Source: Malacoraja senta
Lineage: Eukaryota
Reading direction: 5' to 3'
DNA length: 64,000 bases
Assembly (NCBI GenBank): GCA_038087875.1
Contig: CM075989.1
Location: 22,136,001-22,200,000 of the forward strand
Shown here: piece after piece, positions 61,475 to 64,000 of the stretch
How the letters are laid out: each line of letters opens with the position of its first letter
Numbering within the stretch: the stretch's first letter is position 1
Position numbers and translations under genes: made by a program
The notes under the pieces: model-generated
The model's database searches: none
Told to the model about the DNA's origin: nothing
Seen by the model: the letters and a program-made list of their open reading frames with translations, nothing else

Positions 61475-61970
61475 TGCTCACATACAAATTGGAGGAACAT
61501 CACCTCATTTTTGCTTGGGTGGCTTGAGTGGTATGAATATTGGATTCCTCCAATTTCAGTAGCCCTGCATTCCTCTCCTTCCCCTCTCCTTCCCCTCTCC
61601 TTCCCTCTCCTTCCCCTCTCCTTCCCCTCCTCCTTCCCCCCTCCCCTACCCTAGTCAACCTGCCAGTTCCACTGATCGCATCCATATATCCCTTCACCAT
61701 CACTTCTGCAGCCATCAATGGACCATTGTGGGCTCCACCTTCCCTTGGTCATCAGTGCTGGTATTTGATATTCAAATTTAAACACACATTGGTTCTGAAC
61801 CTTTTCACACCTCTAGTTTCCATCTCCCCTGACTCTCAGTCTGAAGAAGGGTCTCGACCCGAAACGTCACCTATTCCTTTTCACCAGAGATGCTGCCTGG
61901 CCCACTGGGTTACTCCAGCATATTGTGTCTTTCTTCAGTGTAAACCAGTATCTGCAGTTCCTTCCCACAT
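61475..61970 (+). mobile_element. PLE 3' fragment (GIY-YIG end, 3' UTR, hammerhead, terminal repeat)
   Basis: aaattggaggaacatcacctcatt = KLEEHHLI; pyrimidine-rich UTR; terminal repeat. Confidence 0.85.
61841..61868 (+). ncRNA. Minimal type-I hammerhead ribozyme core (intact motif)
   Basis: CUGAAGA-A-GGGUC-UC-GACCC-GAAA-CG-UC. Confidence 0.65.
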
Positions 61971-62062
61971 ATCCAAATGAATATTGAAGTTGATTTAATT
62001 CTAGTCAATTTATTTCCATTAACGTATAGAAAATTTGACGTTTTCAGGAATATTGATTATCT

Positions 62063-62290
62063 AGTTCAAGTTCAAGTTCCATTTATTGTTACATGCACCT
62101 TTTGGTACAGTGAGATTTGAGTTACCATACAGCCATATGAATAAAACGGACACGATACTCGATAACATTTAACATAAACATCCCCACACAGCTGAATCAA
62201 CTTTTCCCACTGTTAGGGAAGGCAATAAAGTTCAATCATCTTCCTCTTTGTTCACCCATGGTCAGGGACGGCGGTCGGGGTCTAGGTCTC
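62063..62290 (-). mobile_element. 3' fragment of a Rex1-tailed non-autonomous element related to 32537-33375
   Basis: (AGTTCA)n tail, tttattgttaca, aacatccccacacag, tcttcctctttgttc shared with 32540-32735. Confidence 0.55.
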
Positions 62291-62308
62291 ATCATGGGTA
62301 GTCACTCA

Positions 62309-63015
62309 CATGGGCGGAAATCCCAGGGGGACAGGGGGAGACGTCCCCTCCATGTTTGAAAGGTGGGGGACAATCCCCCCCCCCCCCATGTTTTGTAATC
62401 CGGATTTTGATATTCGGTGAAAAAAAAATTAAAAATCTCCGCTTTCCGCGAGACAGTGGGGGTGGGACTGATGATCGAGGGCGCCGAATGGACAAGAGAG
62501 AGTTCGGTCAGCAGGCAGTGGGGGTGGGGGGCGGGACATGATGATTCTGCGCGATGATTGGAGGAGGGAGTTGTCGGTCAGGGGCGGAAGTAGGGGGGGT
62601 GGACTGAGGATAGAGCGCGGTGATTGGAGGAGGGAGATGTCCTGGTGGATCAAAGATCATAGAGCGGAGCTTGAATCGGCCCGTTCGCGGGGCCTTTCAT
62701 CGCCCGGCACGGCGCGGCGCGGCGCGGCGCGGCCATCCACAGGATCTTCCACCGTCCCGCAGTCAAATTGCTGCATCAAGGCGATCGAGGCTCCCGATGT
62801 TGAAGCCCCCGCCGGGCGATGAAAGGCCGATTCAAGCCCCACAATTCAGGGCGGACGAAGCTGCTGTTGCTGGAGTTCAGAGTCGGTCACCAACCAGGTC
62901 AGCTCCCGATGTTACCTTCCACAGGGCCCACGGCTGAAGCCTCTGAAGCCTCGTGCATGTGTGTGTGTGCACGCGGCCACCAAGAAATTGTGTCCCCCCT
63001 CATGTTCTGCCCCTG
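62309..63015. mobile_element. hAT-type non-autonomous DNA transposon
   Basis: 8-bp TSD GTCACTCA at 62301-62308 and 63016-63023; imperfect TIR catgggcggaa / ttctgcccctg; subterminal gggggaca/tgtccccc motifs. Confidence 0.8.
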
Positions 63016-63186
63016 GTCACTCATGATCAAGGATGAGTTGCTTTTATTCTATTTTTGTGTGGTATGGGCTGGGCAGACAGAGGAACAATTTTGGAAGTGA
63101 TGCGCTCTTTCCACCATGTACACTGGTTTCCATGTGCTCCAGATGGATGGACACATTATTGTCCCACAAATTGGTCTCTGCAAATT

Positions 63187-63417
63187 TCAGTTTAATTTAG
63201 TTTAGTTTAGGGCTACAGCATGGAAACTGGCCCTTCGGCCCACCGAGTCCGCAATTCCCGCACACTGACGCTGTCCTACACACATTAGGGACAATTTACA
63301 ATTATACCAAGCCAATTAACCTACAAACCTCTACTTCTTTGAAGTGTGGGAGGAAACCGGAACACCCGGAGAAAACCCACGCAGGTCACGGGGAAAACGT
63401 ACAGCCTCGGTACAGAC
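63187..63417 (-). mobile_element. HE1-type SINE, 3' two-thirds
   Basis: Reverse-complement V-domain and tail. Confidence 0.85.
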
Positions 63418-63585
63418 CAGCAGAAGCAAAGCAATGTAGTCAGGCCAGACGTGTGCGATAACATACCAGTGTATTAAGAATATCACATAAAATGGAAATA
63501 AAGGAACACGTTGTGGATCACAAATCACAACAAATTAATTTTAAAGTAGTCATTCACTCAAAGTCAATAAACTACAGAAATAAAA

Positions 63586-63720
63586 TGGTGTCAGGGATTA
63601 TGGGGCAAGGCAGGAGAATGGGGCTGAGAGGAAAAGATCGATCAACCACGATTGAATGGCGGAGTAGACTTGATGGTCTGAATGGCCTAAATCTACTCTT
63701 ATCTCTTCTGTACGTATGAA
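63586..63720 (+). mobile_element. CR1 3' terminal fragment
   Basis: ggtgtcagggattatgggg...attgaatggcggagtagacttgatggtctgaatggcct. Confidence 0.8.
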
Positions 63721-64000
63721 ATATTATGTCTTAATATGATGAGAATCTGAGAGAGAAAAAAATACTATTGCAATATGCATTGGAGTTGAATGCAATAAAT
63801 TTAACTGTAATGCTAAATAACCATTAAATGTTATTAAATAAGTGGTCTCCAAATAGAAGAATTGGTCAGGAGGAGGAACATCTGGAAGAATTGGTCAGTT
63901 ATTATCGACTTACAAAACAAACATAATTCAAAATTCCACAGAGATGAAACGATGAAAGAAGCATCAGAATTTGCTAAGGTTCTGACGCTTCTTCCATAGA

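Noticed and set aside
62292..63100. CpG-island promoter or GC-rich coding exon
   Set aside because: The GC-rich sequence lies within a TSD-bounded hAT element and the ORFs are low-complexity.

Overview
Non-coding, repeat-rich vertebrate DNA. The repeat families point to a cartilaginous fish, most likely a skate or ray (inference). No host protein-coding exon could be recognised, so this is intergenic DNA or a large intron. Contents: about 25 HE1-type tRNA-derived V-SINE copies; many CR1/HER1 and Rex1/Babar LINE 3' fragments; a 1.8-kb truncated L1-clade insertion; about 30 Penelope-like element (PLE) terminal fragments; RTE-related short elements; Harbinger and hAT MITEs with TSDs; microsatellites; a 200-N gap; and several TE-poor islands that may be conserved non-coding elements. 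The most notable signal is self-cleaving-ribozyme architecture in three unrelated retroelement families. (1) A ~150-bp TSD-flanked retroposon (49390-49541, minus strand) whose first 53 nt fold into a compact HDV/CPEB3-like double pseudoknot. (2) Minimal type-I hammerhead cores in the PLE termini, often at the centre of inverted repeats. (3) An HDV-like fold at the 5' end of a ~410-bp RTE-related element. All calls were made by eye. Coordinates of decayed fragments are approximate and family names need database confirmation.
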